A stretch of DNA of 63,733 nucleotides from a virus. Its lineage: Duplodnaviria > Caudoviricetes. Below are positions 9,426 to 18,912 of the stretch, one piece after another. Where the stretch lies: IMG/VR virus record IMGVR_UViG_3300033146_001875, positions 1 to 63,733 of that record. One strand, written 5' to 3'. The first letter of the stretch is position 1. Each line of letters starts with the position of its first letter. The notes below the pieces were generated by a model. That model worked only from the letters and a program-made list of their open reading frames with translations, was not told where the DNA came from and did not search any database. The position numbers and the translations under genes are program-made.

Positions 9426-9517
9426 TATGTCCAGAATGTGGTAAATATAATATATATGCTCAAGAGTATTGTACTGAATGTGGTGCTGAACTTAAAAATT
9501 ATAGGTGTTCAAAATGA
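9422..9517 (+). CDS. 31-aa zinc-ribbon microprotein (MICPECGKYNIYAQEYCTECGAELKNYRCSK)
   Basis: ATGA overlaps with both neighbours; CPEC and CTEC pairs. Confidence 0.75.
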   Translation: MICPECGKYNIYAQEYCTECGAELKNYRCSK

Positions 9518-9822
9518 GTCGCAGAAAACATACTAAAGCTGATAGATATTGGAGAATAGGAGTTATTCGTAGAGATAAAATATGCCAATGTTGTGGTTCT
9601 CGAAAAAACAGACAAGCTCATCATTTGAATTGTTATAGTTATTTTCCAGATGAAAGAACAGATATAGATAATGGCATAACACTCTGTAGAAGTTGTCATA
9701 CACAATTTCATACAAATTTCAAAAGAAGCTTTAAAACAAAATGTACTCGTTATGATTTTGAAAACTTCATGAGTTTATATTTATATGTAACTAAAAAAGC
9801 TTATGAGATTAACAATGATTAG
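9514..9822 (+). CDS. HNH endonuclease
   Basis: RDKICQCC...AHHL...NGITLCRSCHTQFH. Confidence 0.9.
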   Translation: MSRRKHTKADRYWRIGVIRRDKICQCCGSRKNRQAHHLNCYSYFPDERTDIDNGITLCRSCHTQFHTNFKRSFKTKCTRYDFENFMSLYLYVTKKAYEINND

Positions 9823-10174
9823 GAATAAATTTTGGAAAAAATATGAGGGATTATATATCTTCATAATAGGTGTTTTATTAATGTTGGTTCAAGCATTGGT
9901 ATTTAAAAAAATGCCAGATGATATGATGGCTTTGGTTTTAACATTCGTAATGTTTATGATGTTAACTAAACTGTTATATGAAGTTATACTTGGCTATGAA
10001 GCCCCAATTCAAATAAGATATGCTTTAGCATCGTTAGCTATAGAAGCTCTTATAGATGCTCGTATCGCTATGGTGAAACATCAATATGAAAATATGCTTA
10101 TATTGTTATTAGCAACATTTATAGTGCTTGTATTAAGACACTATGCAATTATTTCAACAAAGGAAACACGATGA
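9803..10174 (+). CDS. Multi-pass membrane protein
   Basis: Three to four hydrophobic segments. Confidence 0.75.
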   Translation: MRLTMIRNKFWKKYEGLYIFIIGVLLMLVQALVFKKMPDDMMALVLTFVMFMMLTKLLYEVILGYEAPIQIRYALASLAIEALIDARIAMVKHQYENMLILLLATFIVLVLRHYAIISTKETR

Positions 10175-10204
10175 TAAATATCAAAGCAAATAAAGAGCAT
10201 AGCG

Positions 10205-10417
10205 ATGTTCAATGATGGCGATGGAAATTTAGCTGCCTTAGCTAAACAAGAAGAAAAAATTGAAAAAGCAGAGAAAAACTATGCTATTGCTATGAATGAA
10301 GCTGAAAGTGAAATTGGTGATAAAGCAAGAGAAGTTATAGAAACAATAGAAAATATATCAAATAAATTTGATGTTGATTTAGATTACTTCAAAAAAGATT
10401 TTTTTGATAATTTATAA
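10205..10417 (+). CDS. Acidic hypothetical protein
   Basis: 70-aa ORF in operon context. Confidence 0.65.
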   Translation: MFNDGDGNLAALAKQEEKIEKAEKNYAIAMNEAESEIGDKAREVIETIENISNKFDVDLDYFKKDFFDNL

Positions 10418-10474
10418 ATAAATAAAAAAAAGGTTGGTTCTGATGACTATAATTGAAAAAGAGAGGTAAAGCAA

Positions 10475-11026
10475 ATGGAAAATAAATTACTTAAAGAAAT
10501 AACAAAAGAGACTCAAAATAAGTATTCTGCCAAAATATCAAGAACTGGTATTCACGGGTTAGAACACTGGACTAGAGTTTACAGTAATTCAATAAATCTT
10601 ATAAGAAAAATCTTAGCAAAAAAAGAAACTGTTAAATTTAAAAGATATTCTAAATTAGCAGCTTTGTTTGCTTTTTATCATGATATTGGAAGAAGAAATG
10701 ATGGTGTTTGTGAAATTCATGCTAGAGCAGGATATAAACTAATCTTAAAAGATAGTAAATATATTTGTGATGCTTATTCTGTAAGCAAAGAAGACATAGA
10801 AATAGTTGCTACTGCAATATTAATACATACTTCTTACATGCCGAATAAGAATGAGCAAAATTATTTAATTTCTAATTTCAAACTAGAAGATGCTGTTTTT
10901 ATTATGCTGTTGATAGATTCTGACAGATTGGATATTGATAGAGTTTTTCCAGAAATAAAACTTGAATATATAACATTAGATGCTTCAAAAAAAATTGCTG
11001 GACATAAAAATTCATTAAACAAATAG
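10475..11026 (+). CDS. HD-domain metal-dependent phosphohydrolase
   Basis: HGLEHWTRV...YHDIGR...H...H...DSDRLD. Confidence 0.88.
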   Translation: MENKLLKEITKETQNKYSAKISRTGIHGLEHWTRVYSNSINLIRKILAKKETVKFKRYSKLAALFAFYHDIGRRNDGVCEIHARAGYKLILKDSKYICDAYSVSKEDIEIVATAILIHTSYMPNKNEQNYLISNFKLEDAVFIMLLIDSDRLDIDRVFPEIKLEYITLDASKKIAGHKNSLNK

Positions 11027-11087
11027 GAGATAGATATGGGATTGAGAAGAGAGAATTGCGAACCAACTGATGAAATGAGAGAACTAA

Positions 11088-11603
11088 ATGAATAGTGCTA
11101 CTTTTCAAAATTTAATATCCAGAATTGTTCAAAAATATTCGTCAACAGAACCAAATGTATATTATGTATGGTTAGTCTTGTATATAGTTGGAGATAGATT
11201 AAAATCAGATAAATTACTGAAAACTTATTATCACAAAATAATGCAAACTGCTTTTAATAATATTGCAAAGTATGGTATTAAAGAAGAAACTGTATATAGA
11301 GGTTTCCTATTAGAACCATCGCAAATAGATACATTAAATGTGTGGAAATATAATCACAATAGCTTTACGACTGATAAAGAAGTTGCTATTGCATTTTCAA
11401 CTAATGATAGTGATTATGGAATAGTATTTCCAGACAATTATGTTGGTAAGATTTATGAGATAAAAATAAATTTAAAAGAACATTTTATATGGTTCGATTA
11501 TAGATGGGATTTACCAGAAGATATAAGATTATTTATAGACTACTGGAATCAAAAAGAGATTATTATTGGTAAGCTCGAAGATGTAATAGGAAATAGCAAA
11601 TGA
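11088..11603 (+). CDS. Putative ADP-ribosyltransferase-fold protein (R-S-E class)
   Basis: VYRG...NSFTTDKEVAIAF...QKEII spacing typical of the ART fold. Confidence 0.6.
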   Translation: MNSATFQNLISRIVQKYSSTEPNVYYVWLVLYIVGDRLKSDKLLKTYYHKIMQTAFNNIAKYGIKEETVYRGFLLEPSQIDTLNVWKYNHNSFTTDKEVAIAFSTNDSDYGIVFPDNYVGKIYEIKINLKEHFIWFDYRWDLPEDIRLFIDYWNQKEIIIGKLEDVIGNSK

Positions 11604-11815
11604 CTTGCATTATGATAAGAGAACACCTCTCAACCGTTAAAGAATTTCTTGAAAAGAATGATATTCTTTTCAGTGAATATACAATTGATGATGAAATTGA
11701 AATACGAGTTGATACTGATTTAATTTCAGATTCTGAATTAACTAAGTTATCAGATTCTATTGGTGAAAAAAACAATAAAATTAGAACTTATGATTATATT
11801 ATATTCTGGAGATAA
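11600..11815 (+). CDS. Hypothetical protein
   Basis: ATGA overlap with the upstream gene. Confidence 0.7.
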   Translation: MTCIMIREHLSTVKEFLEKNDILFSEYTIDDEIEIRVDTDLISDSELTKLSDSIGEKNNKIRTYDYIIFWR

Positions 11816-11818
11816 AAT

Positions 11819-12249
11819 ATGCCTAATTGGTCAAATACAACAATAGAGCTTATTTGAGATAAAAGAAAAATCGATAAGATAGCTCGTAGGTCCAAGACTA
11901 ATGGATTAAGTCAAGGTTCTATGCAAGAACCAGTCAAAAAAAAAAGAACCACAAGAAAAACAACAAGAATACAACTCTGTTATTGGAGTTTAATTCAGCT
12001 TGGGCTGGACCTTGTTGTTGGTTTACAACTATGTGTGAAAATTATAAACTTACTGGTGAATATTTTGATGTGGAATTTTTATTATCTAATTATGAGCATC
12101 TAGTAGATAATAAAGATTACTCACATTGGATTAGTCTAGTAAAGGATAATATTCAAATATTTAAAATGTTCAAATCTTATGGTTCAAAAAGACCTATATT
12201 TGACTTCTTAAAGACAGCATTTGTCGATATTGGTTATGGTCAAAAATAA
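11819..12249 (+). pseudogene. Disrupted MPNW...F.SAW family gene (DUF1281/YubB-like)
   Basis: MPNWSN start with GGAG RBS, in-frame TGA at 11855-11857, frameshift at A10 (11936-11945), continuing as EFNSAWAGPCCW. Confidence 0.7.
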
Positions 12250-12261
12250 AGTAAGAGACTC

Positions 12262-12576
12262 TTGGAAAGAGTACAAGGAGGCATCTTGGAAAGAAGTAGA
12301 ATAAAAGAAGCTTTGGACTACATTTGTGGGAACTTAGGGACAACAATAGAAGTTATCTTGTTGGAAAATAACAAGTATAAAATTGGTGATATTAAGATAT
12401 TTAATAAATTTCAATTTCAAGATTACATTCTTGAATTGTCAAATAAAAATGGCTCAATAAAAAGTGTCAATGGATACAACAGTCGTGAATTTTATATTAT
12501 TATGAAAAATGATACAGAGTATACAATACAAGTATCCGATATGGAAATATCGAAGAAGTTAGATTTTGAGGAGTAA
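12262..12576 (+). CDS. Hypothetical protein
   Basis: TTG start; the AGGAGG RBS favours TTG 12286. Confidence 0.7.
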   Translation: MERVQGGILERSRIKEALDYICGNLGTTIEVILLENNKYKIGDIKIFNKFQFQDYILELSNKNGSIKSVNGYNSREFYIIMKNDTEYTIQVSDMEISKKLDFEE

Positions 12577-12581
12577 GAAAA

Positions 12582-13073
12582 ATGGTAGAGACCAGTAAAT
12601 GTATTGAGTGTGAGTACCTTAGTTTTAACTTTAGCATAAATGAACATATCTGCATACAAAGAGTAAGAAAAGGTGAAATACTTAGATTACTTGATATGTG
12701 TCCAGAAATAGAAAAAAACAATGAGAGGGTTATGAAAATAATGAGTGAAAAAATACAATACCATAAAGATATAAATTATGAGTCTTTAGAAGAAGAGGAA
12801 AATAATTTTGATGGTGGTTCAAACAACTTCTATAAATTTCCAGCTAATGTAACTGATATTGACAGTCTTGCTAGATACTGGAAATTGTCATTTGCTGAGG
12901 GAAATATACTTAAATCTCTTGCTGCAAATCTTGGTTCTCGTCATGATGGAACTAATCCAAAAAGAGAGAAGAAAAAAGCTTTACACTATGCTGTTGATAG
13001 ACTTATAGAACATGGTATTTCTCGTAATGAAATTGAAAACCAAGTTATCACACAACTTGATAAGCAGTTCTAA
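12582..13073 (+). CDS. Cys-rich N-terminus fused to a DUF3310-like domain
   Basis: FAEGNILK...KKALHY resembles DUF3310; GAGGAG RBS. Confidence 0.6.
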   Translation: MVETSKCIECEYLSFNFSINEHICIQRVRKGEILRLLDMCPEIEKNNERVMKIMSEKIQYHKDINYESLEEEENNFDGGSNNFYKFPANVTDIDSLARYWKLSFAEGNILKSLAANLGSRHDGTNPKREKKKALHYAVDRLIEHGISRNEIENQVITQLDKQF

Positions 13074-13143
13074 GCCGAAATAGTAGTAAGAAATAATGCT
13101 ATCTATTTTCAACTTATAAAAAAAAAAAAAAAAGGAAAAAAGA

Positions 13144-14502
13144 ATGGAAAAAGAAAAACTGATATTAAAATCGTTGGCAGTTTCAGCACTACCTAGAAAA
13201 GTAGAAGATGGTTATGAAACATTTGTTTACACGGTTGAAAAATGGGGAAAGGAAAAAGATGATACATTAATATCGTCTTTTTCCAAAAGTAAAAAAGAAG
13301 ACGATGACGACACAGTTGTTGTTAGGGATAAGGACTTAGTAATGTTATCAGCTACAGACAAAGCTAACAATGGTGTATTCAGTGCATTGTATAGTGGAAT
13401 AGATGCATTGCATTCTTCTGTAGTTGCAGAGAGTCAAGATTTTATTTTATCTAAAATAAAATCTACTACAAAAGCTACAGCTGCAAAAGCTGTATTTACA
13501 GAAAGAGAGAAATATAAAAAGAAAATATTGGAAAAAAGCTGTTCTGGTATAGGACATCTGACAGAAAAGCAAGAACTTGCTTTAATGAAAGAAATTAAGA
13601 GAATGAATGCTTTATTTTCGGGATCTCTATCTAGTGATTCTGCTACTTCTGTTGATATTGATTTAATAGAGAGATATGCCTTTAGAAAAAACATAATGTT
13701 TTTAGGGCCAGCAGGTGTAGGTAAAACCTACATGTTGACAGAGTGGGCAGACAGTAGAGTTGCAGAAGATGGATATAAATATTACCATATAGATGGACAT
13801 GAGGGGTATGAAATATCTGATATGCTTGGTATGATGGTTCCTAATGAAACTAGTGGTATGTCATGGATAGATGGACCTTTGACACAAGCATTTAGAGATG
13901 CTTCTCGTGGTCACAAAACTATAATAATGATAGATGAAATATTAAGAATACCAGACAAGGAAAGAAGTATACTGATTGGGTCTCTAATTCCAAAAGCTGA
14001 CGGCATGTTATCTCTAAGAACCAACCGAATTAAAAGCTATGATGAAGACGGAGTTGGACAAACAGAAGAGATTAAATGTCTTCCTGAGAATCTATGGGTT
14101 GTAGCTGCTTCTAACATAGGTGTTGGTTATTCCGTAGAAGATATGGACACCGCTTTTCAAGATAGGTTCAGAGCTTTCAGAGTGGATGGAGGAGAGAAAT
14201 TAGCTAATTTAATATCTACTAAGATATGCAAAGAAAAAGGCTTCAGCAGCAATGTAACTAAGGCTATTGTTGAATTATTTAACAATTTTAATGAAATTAA
14301 ATTAAAAGGTAAATTTCAAAAGAATTTTTCCCCTCGTCACATATCTGAAGTATTAACATTGGCAGACACAGAACAAGAGATAGGATTGTATCTACAAGAC
14401 CTTACTTATACTTGCTTAAGCATAAACAGCTCAGGTGTAGTTAATGGCTCTGAACTTGAGATATGGGAGTCTTTAATAGAACCATTCACTGCTGAGGTGT
14501 AA
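13144..14502 (+). CDS. MoxR/CbbQ-type AAA+ ATPase
   Basis: Walker A GPAGVGKT, Walker B IMIDE, ASN, DRF, SPR. Confidence 0.92.
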   Translation: MEKEKLILKSLAVSALPRKVEDGYETFVYTVEKWGKEKDDTLISSFSKSKKEDDDDTVVVRDKDLVMLSATDKANNGVFSALYSGIDALHSSVVAESQDFILSKIKSTTKATAAKAVFTEREKYKKKILEKSCSGIGHLTEKQELALMKEIKRMNALFSGSLSSDSATSVDIDLIERYAFRKNIMFLGPAGVGKTYMLTEWADSRVAEDGYKYYHIDGHEGYEISDMLGMMVPNETSGMSWIDGPLTQAFRDASRGHKTIIMIDEILRIPDKERSILIGSLIPKADGMLSLRTNRIKSYDEDGVGQTEEIKCLPENLWVVAASNIGVGYSVEDMDTAFQDRFRAFRVDGGEKLANLISTKICKEKGFSSNVTKAIVELFNNFNEIKLKGKFQKNFSPRHISEVLTLADTEQEIGLYLQDLTYTCLSINSSGVVNGSELEIWESLIEPFTAEV

Positions 14503-14504
14503 TT

Positions 14505-15950
14505 ATGAAAAAAGAAAAAAAAATAGTTAAGAATTTTTTAGTAAAAAAGAAAGTAGTTGGACTGCTTGAGACTGATGGAATTTTCTTAAAATATGGCTCA
14601 ACTGGTCTTGGAGCAAATACAATGTTGTTTCAGGGCGATTCAGAACAGAATACACTATATAGAGGACATGACTCTGATAGTACGACATATTTTAGCTTGT
14701 CGGAAGAAGTGTTTGAGAAAGTAGATAAAAACACTTCTTCTGTACGAGATAATTTTGCTCACAAGAATATACTGTTTAATACCATGGTTGTAGCAAATCA
14801 TATTTTAGAAACAAGTATTTGTAAGGCATATTTTAAATACATAACAACTGATATATTATTGGTTCTAGTGCATAAAGAAGCTCCACAAATAGACTTTAGA
14901 AAAATAGACTATTTGTTAGAAGCTGGTAATCCAGTTCATGAATTTATTTCGTCGGATATATTATCTGACGAAATAAAAGAAATATATAGAATTATAGAAG
15001 ATATAAAGCACACTAGGGAGATTGACGAACCTGCTGGATATTCTGGTTGCGACTTCTTTAGTTATATTCCAGTTAAAAAAGGAGAAAAAACAGTAGCTAA
15101 AAGTAGCGAGTTGGCAGATTCGCTATCTAAACCTACTAGTGCAACAACAGATACTTCTGAAAAGGAAGATGATATAGAAACCATCTTAAGAGATACATTA
15201 GGGTCCATATCGACAAGCTATACAAACCCTAGTTATTCAGATGATAAAATGTGGTTTCGACATAAGAATACTTTGTCTAAAAAAGAGTATTTAAAAGTAG
15301 AACAGTATGCCAAGCAGATAGGTTCTAAGATGAAAGGTAGATTCGGTAAGGACAAAGTTTCATCACCCTCTAAGAAAATTCATACTAAGAATTTCATTAG
15401 AAGAGTACCTAATATATATGTAAAAAAAAGAGACATATCTAAGGGCAAGAAAATAAATTTGAATATTTTCATAGATGCCTCTGCTTCTATGAATGGAAAA
15501 CCTATGAAGAATGCAGTTTCTGTAGCACTGATATTTGAGATGATAGCTAACAAAGAAAAGACTATTACCGGAAACATAATATTGTCTGCTGGTGAGGGTT
15601 CCATGACTATAGAGTTTGGGAAAGGCAAGGAATCTCTATTAAACAAGCTTCAGGCTTTTAGTGGGGAAGAGGGCATTGAAAGAACCATCACTAACAATAT
15701 GAAAATTATGCAAAAAGCTGATTACAATATCTGTATTAGTGATGCAAACATAACCGATGACCCATTGAACAAAAAAAAATATGAAGCTAGAAATGTTTTT
15801 ATAGATGGTCTTTATATAAACAAAACAACATCTAGTAAAACAGAAAAAGAAAATACTGAACACATGGAAAAATATTTTTCGAGAGGTAAAGTTATAGATA
15901 CTTTAGAAAATGCCGTGGAATATATATCTAATGTTGTTTTGCAAAAATAA
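14505..15950 (+). CDS. VWA-domain protein (partner of the AAA ATPase)
   Basis: MIDAS motif IFIDASASM and downstream ISD; adjacent to a MoxR ATPase as in N4-like phages. Confidence 0.85.
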   Translation: MKKEKKIVKNFLVKKKVVGLLETDGIFLKYGSTGLGANTMLFQGDSEQNTLYRGHDSDSTTYFSLSEEVFEKVDKNTSSVRDNFAHKNILFNTMVVANHILETSICKAYFKYITTDILLVLVHKEAPQIDFRKIDYLLEAGNPVHEFISSDILSDEIKEIYRIIEDIKHTREIDEPAGYSGCDFFSYIPVKKGEKTVAKSSELADSLSKPTSATTDTSEKEDDIETILRDTLGSISTSYTNPSYSDDKMWFRHKNTLSKKEYLKVEQYAKQIGSKMKGRFGKDKVSSPSKKIHTKNFIRRVPNIYVKKRDISKGKKINLNIFIDASASMNGKPMKNAVSVALIFEMIANKEKTITGNIILSAGEGSMTIEFGKGKESLLNKLQAFSGEEGIERTITNNMKIMQKADYNICISDANITDDPLNKKKYEARNVFIDGLYINKTTSSKTEKENTEHMEKYFSRGKVIDTLENAVEYISNVVLQK

Positions 15951-16044
15951 TATCGAAATATTAGAAACAATAGCAATAGTTGGTAATTTTATATTACAAA
16001 GTTATTGGTTCTATTATACTCAACTTAAAGACAAGGATTAAAAA

Positions 16045-16842
16045 ATGGATTATAAAATAGTTCCCATAAAACCAATGAATGAAAATACTCGTGATGAATT
16101 AGATAGATATTTAGCTGATGTTTGTTTCGTGGTTCGGAATAAAGATATAAAGCACCCACATAGTCTTACGAAAAGACTACTGAAAGAAAGTTACGGAGAT
16201 AAGCCTAGTTCTGTTTTTTCGTTTGTGCCATGCACAGTAGATAAGGAAATAGCAGAATATCAAATTACAAAAAAAAGATTTATGTTTTGTTTTGGTTTTG
16301 CACACAATGCTAGTCATTATTATCGCACTAATTTGAGAGAGCTATTAAGTTGGGACTGGTCATTAGATGAGGCTTTGAAGCACATAGATTTTACTTATTA
16401 TAAGGCTTTTACGGCAGTAGCTCCATATATGACATATGGTCAAATAAGAACTCATTCGCAGATACAATTCCTATCTCATAGTGCTAGATATAGTGATGTT
16501 GACTATGGCTATTTTATGCCTAATGAAGTATTAGAACTGCTTACGAAAGTAAAACTATCTACCAACACAGAAGAAGCTCAAAATAGCTGGAATCAAAAAG
16601 TACAAAATGTATCTCCGAATGAACTGACTTCTTTTATGAAAGATTGTGGGATAAAGCGAAAAGAGATATATAATCGTGGTTCCGATAGCTTAAAGATAAG
16701 ACCTTTTAGTATTGGATTAAATATACTTAATCCTAATGCTAGTGAGCATTTTTTTAACCAAAGAAAGAAAGATGAACATACACAACTAGAAACAAGAATG
16801 TTTGCTGAAGAGCTATATAGAAAGGTTTATGAACATAAATAA
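16045..16842 (+). CDS. thyX: Flavin-dependent thymidylate synthase-like protein
   Basis: QIRTHSQIQFLSHSARY resembles the ThyX motif RHRx7SxRY; C-terminal FFNQR...HTQLETR. Confidence 0.72.
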   Translation: MDYKIVPIKPMNENTRDELDRYLADVCFVVRNKDIKHPHSLTKRLLKESYGDKPSSVFSFVPCTVDKEIAEYQITKKRFMFCFGFAHNASHYYRTNLRELLSWDWSLDEALKHIDFTYYKAFTAVAPYMTYGQIRTHSQIQFLSHSARYSDVDYGYFMPNEVLELLTKVKLSTNTEEAQNSWNQKVQNVSPNELTSFMKDCGIKRKEIYNRGSDSLKIRPFSIGLNILNPNASEHFFNQRKKDEHTQLETRMFAEELYRKVYEHK

Positions 16843-17089
16843 AGTATCAACAGTATCTATTGTTCAGCATTGGTAGCAGTGCGACGACTAGACCCCTATG
16901 ATGGTTTTATTACTATAGTAACTTCAGCTAATAAAGAATATTGATTCAGTGATGGAATATATCACTAAAGAATTTATATCAGTATTAAAAAAGCAAGTAA
17001 ATGCAATTACAGATTTTATACTACCTATGGTAGTATAAGCAAAAAAAGATACAAAAAAAAATCAAACAGTTTAAGAGAGGTTGTAAAAT

Positions 17090-17920
17090 ATGCAAGAAAA
17101 CAATAGAGATGACTATTATCCTGAGCTAGGCTATTATGGTGGCTCAGACCAGATACCAGAGGGCAACAGAAAAATAAGCCCATCTGGACTTTCTGGATTT
17201 TTTAACGATAGTGAAGAATGGTACAGAAGAAATATAGAAAAATCTGAAGTATTTAATGGCAATACCTCAACTGTATTAGGTACGGTGGTTCATCATATGG
17301 CTGAATGCTTTGAAAAAGGTATTGAATACCGAATTGAAAAGATAGAGGAATATTTAGATAGTTATGAGAGTAACATAGATGTGGATACAGAGCAAGTTCG
17401 TGCAGAATACAATGAAATGTATGAAGCACTTAAAAAAGAGTATCTAACGGCTCCTGCCACTAAAAAACCTATTGAGGTAGAACAGTTTATTCACTGCGAG
17501 CTGACGAAAGGTTATACAGTTGGTGGTTCTATAGATAGATTAGAACCACGAACTATTGTTGACTATAAGACTTGTTCTAAGAAACCGACTGGTATAAAAC
17601 CTTACAGACTACAGCTTTTAGTGTATGCTTGGATATACAGAAAAATAGGCTTAACCATAGACACTATCAAAGTAGTTGCAATTCAAAGAAGAACCAAAAC
17701 ACTTGAACCTAGAGTATGGATTATTGAAGACATTATAACTGATGAAGATATGCAAATGATTGAATATACGATGTTAATCATATCAAGATGTATTGATATT
17801 GTTCAGAATAACAATGAATATAAAGACCTTATATTTAGAGGTAATCCAATTGGTATGTTTAAGAAAGACAACACTAGAGTAGAGAGAGCTAATGACATCG
17901 GGTATTCAAACGGCTTTTAG
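17090..17920 (+). CDS. PD-(D/E)XK (Cas4/RecB-like) exonuclease, N4 gp42-like
   Basis: ISPSGL, GTVVH, GSIDRL, IVDYKT, QLLVYAW. Confidence 0.88.
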   Translation: MQENNRDDYYPELGYYGGSDQIPEGNRKISPSGLSGFFNDSEEWYRRNIEKSEVFNGNTSTVLGTVVHHMAECFEKGIEYRIEKIEEYLDSYESNIDVDTEQVRAEYNEMYEALKKEYLTAPATKKPIEVEQFIHCELTKGYTVGGSIDRLEPRTIVDYKTCSKKPTGIKPYRLQLLVYAWIYRKIGLTIDTIKVVAIQRRTKTLEPRVWIIEDIITDEDMQMIEYTMLIISRCIDIVQNNNEYKDLIFRGNPIGMFKKDNTRVERANDIGYSNGF

Positions 17921-18131
17921 CTATATAATAAATGTGAAAATAGGCAAAGAGGTTATGGTTGCTATATGGAACCATTGTAAACAAGATAATCATATTGTTA
18001 AATGCACTATAATTGGACATGAAGACAATATTTCTAGTAAAACAACTGATGTATTGGTTGAATACAAGAATGATGCTGGTGAGCATCGTAGGTGTATAAT
18101 AGAACCAATGAAAAAGGTGGTTGTTTTATAA
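17892..18131 (+). CDS. Hypothetical protein
   Basis: 79-aa ORF followed by a hairpin at about 18143-18185. Confidence 0.6.
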   Translation: MTSGIQTAFSYIINVKIGKEVMVAIWNHCKQDNHIVKCTIIGHEDNISSKTTDVLVEYKNDAGEHRRCIIEPMKKVVVL

Positions 18132-18323
18132 AAAGAATAACACAACCACTTACGAACCACCTTGGGGTGGATTCGCCGTGGTTGTTTAATGGAATGTGTA
18201 TTGAGGTATTATAAATGATATTTATAATATTTAAATATATTATTAAACGGAGTCGGGACCTACGACCGACAGTGGGGTAGGCTACTGAGCCAATGAACGG
18301 AGTGGAATTGGCGAGGTAGGTCT

Positions 18324-18407
18324 GTCTTTATTTATATAGTCTTTATTTACCTGCAGTCTATCACATGCAACCAGTTGCACCTCTACACCTGCAGCTAGTT
18401 GCACCTC
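18324..18407. promoter_or_regulatory. Iteron-like repeat array A (candidate replication origin or operator)
   Basis: 22-bp near-palindromic repeats at 18362-18383 and 18386-18407, a half copy at 18349-18356, and GTCTTTATTTA twice (18324-18334, 18339-18349). Confidence 0.7.
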
Positions 18408-18507
18408 AAAAAAGAAAAGAGAAAAGACTTAATAAAAAATCTATATTCAGTCAAGCTTCAAGAGAACAATGTTTTAATACAATTAAATAACACTAAAAGG
18501 TATATAA

Positions 18508-18912
18508 ATGGTAATTCACAACATTCGTCCAGATAGAAATTTCACACAATTAGATAACAATGTTTTAAGATTGAAGAATATTCATTCTGGTGTAAAAGTA
18601 TTGTATTGCTTTATTGCATCACTTAAAAATGGTCAACGAATATCGAGAGAATATTTGGCTAAGAGTCTGGGGGTAAGTGTAAGAACAATCTCCACACAAA
18701 TTGGAGAATTAGAAAAAAGAAATCTACTTTTAGTAGATAGAGTTTCTGCTAAAGAATATGACTGCTACATTGGTACAAGCAAGCTTCCAGCTAGCAAAAC
18801 AAAGGAATATTGGGTTGATATAGAGTCATTAACTGAAACGATAACCGATGAAGAGCTTTTGCAAATGCAAAAAGAATATATAGATAAAATAAATAAAATG
18901 GAGAACAAATGA
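18508..18912 (+). CDS. Winged-HTH protein resembling the N-terminal domain of phage replication initiators (paralog A)
   Basis: NFTQLDNNVLR...KVLYCFIAS...SREYLAKSLGVSVRTISTQIGELEKRNLL. Confidence 0.82.
   Translation: MVIHNIRPDRNFTQLDNNVLRLKNIHSGVKVLYCFIASLKNGQRISREYLAKSLGVSVRTISTQIGELEKRNLLLVDRVSAKEYDCYIGTSKLPASKTKEYWVDIESLTETITDEELLQMQKEYIDKINKMENK

Noticed and set aside
11855-11857. Genome-wide TGA recoding
   Set aside because: Many genes end in TGA with ATGA coupling, and long genes are intact under code 11.
13117-13133. A-tracts before several start codons as phase-variation switches
   Set aside because: They are intergenic and directly upstream of RBSs, so they are more simply A-rich translation enhancers.
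16843-17089. Remnant of the missing DNA polymerase
   Set aside because: Only short stop-interrupted frames with no polymerase motifs; it may be a decayed small gene but cannot be assigned.
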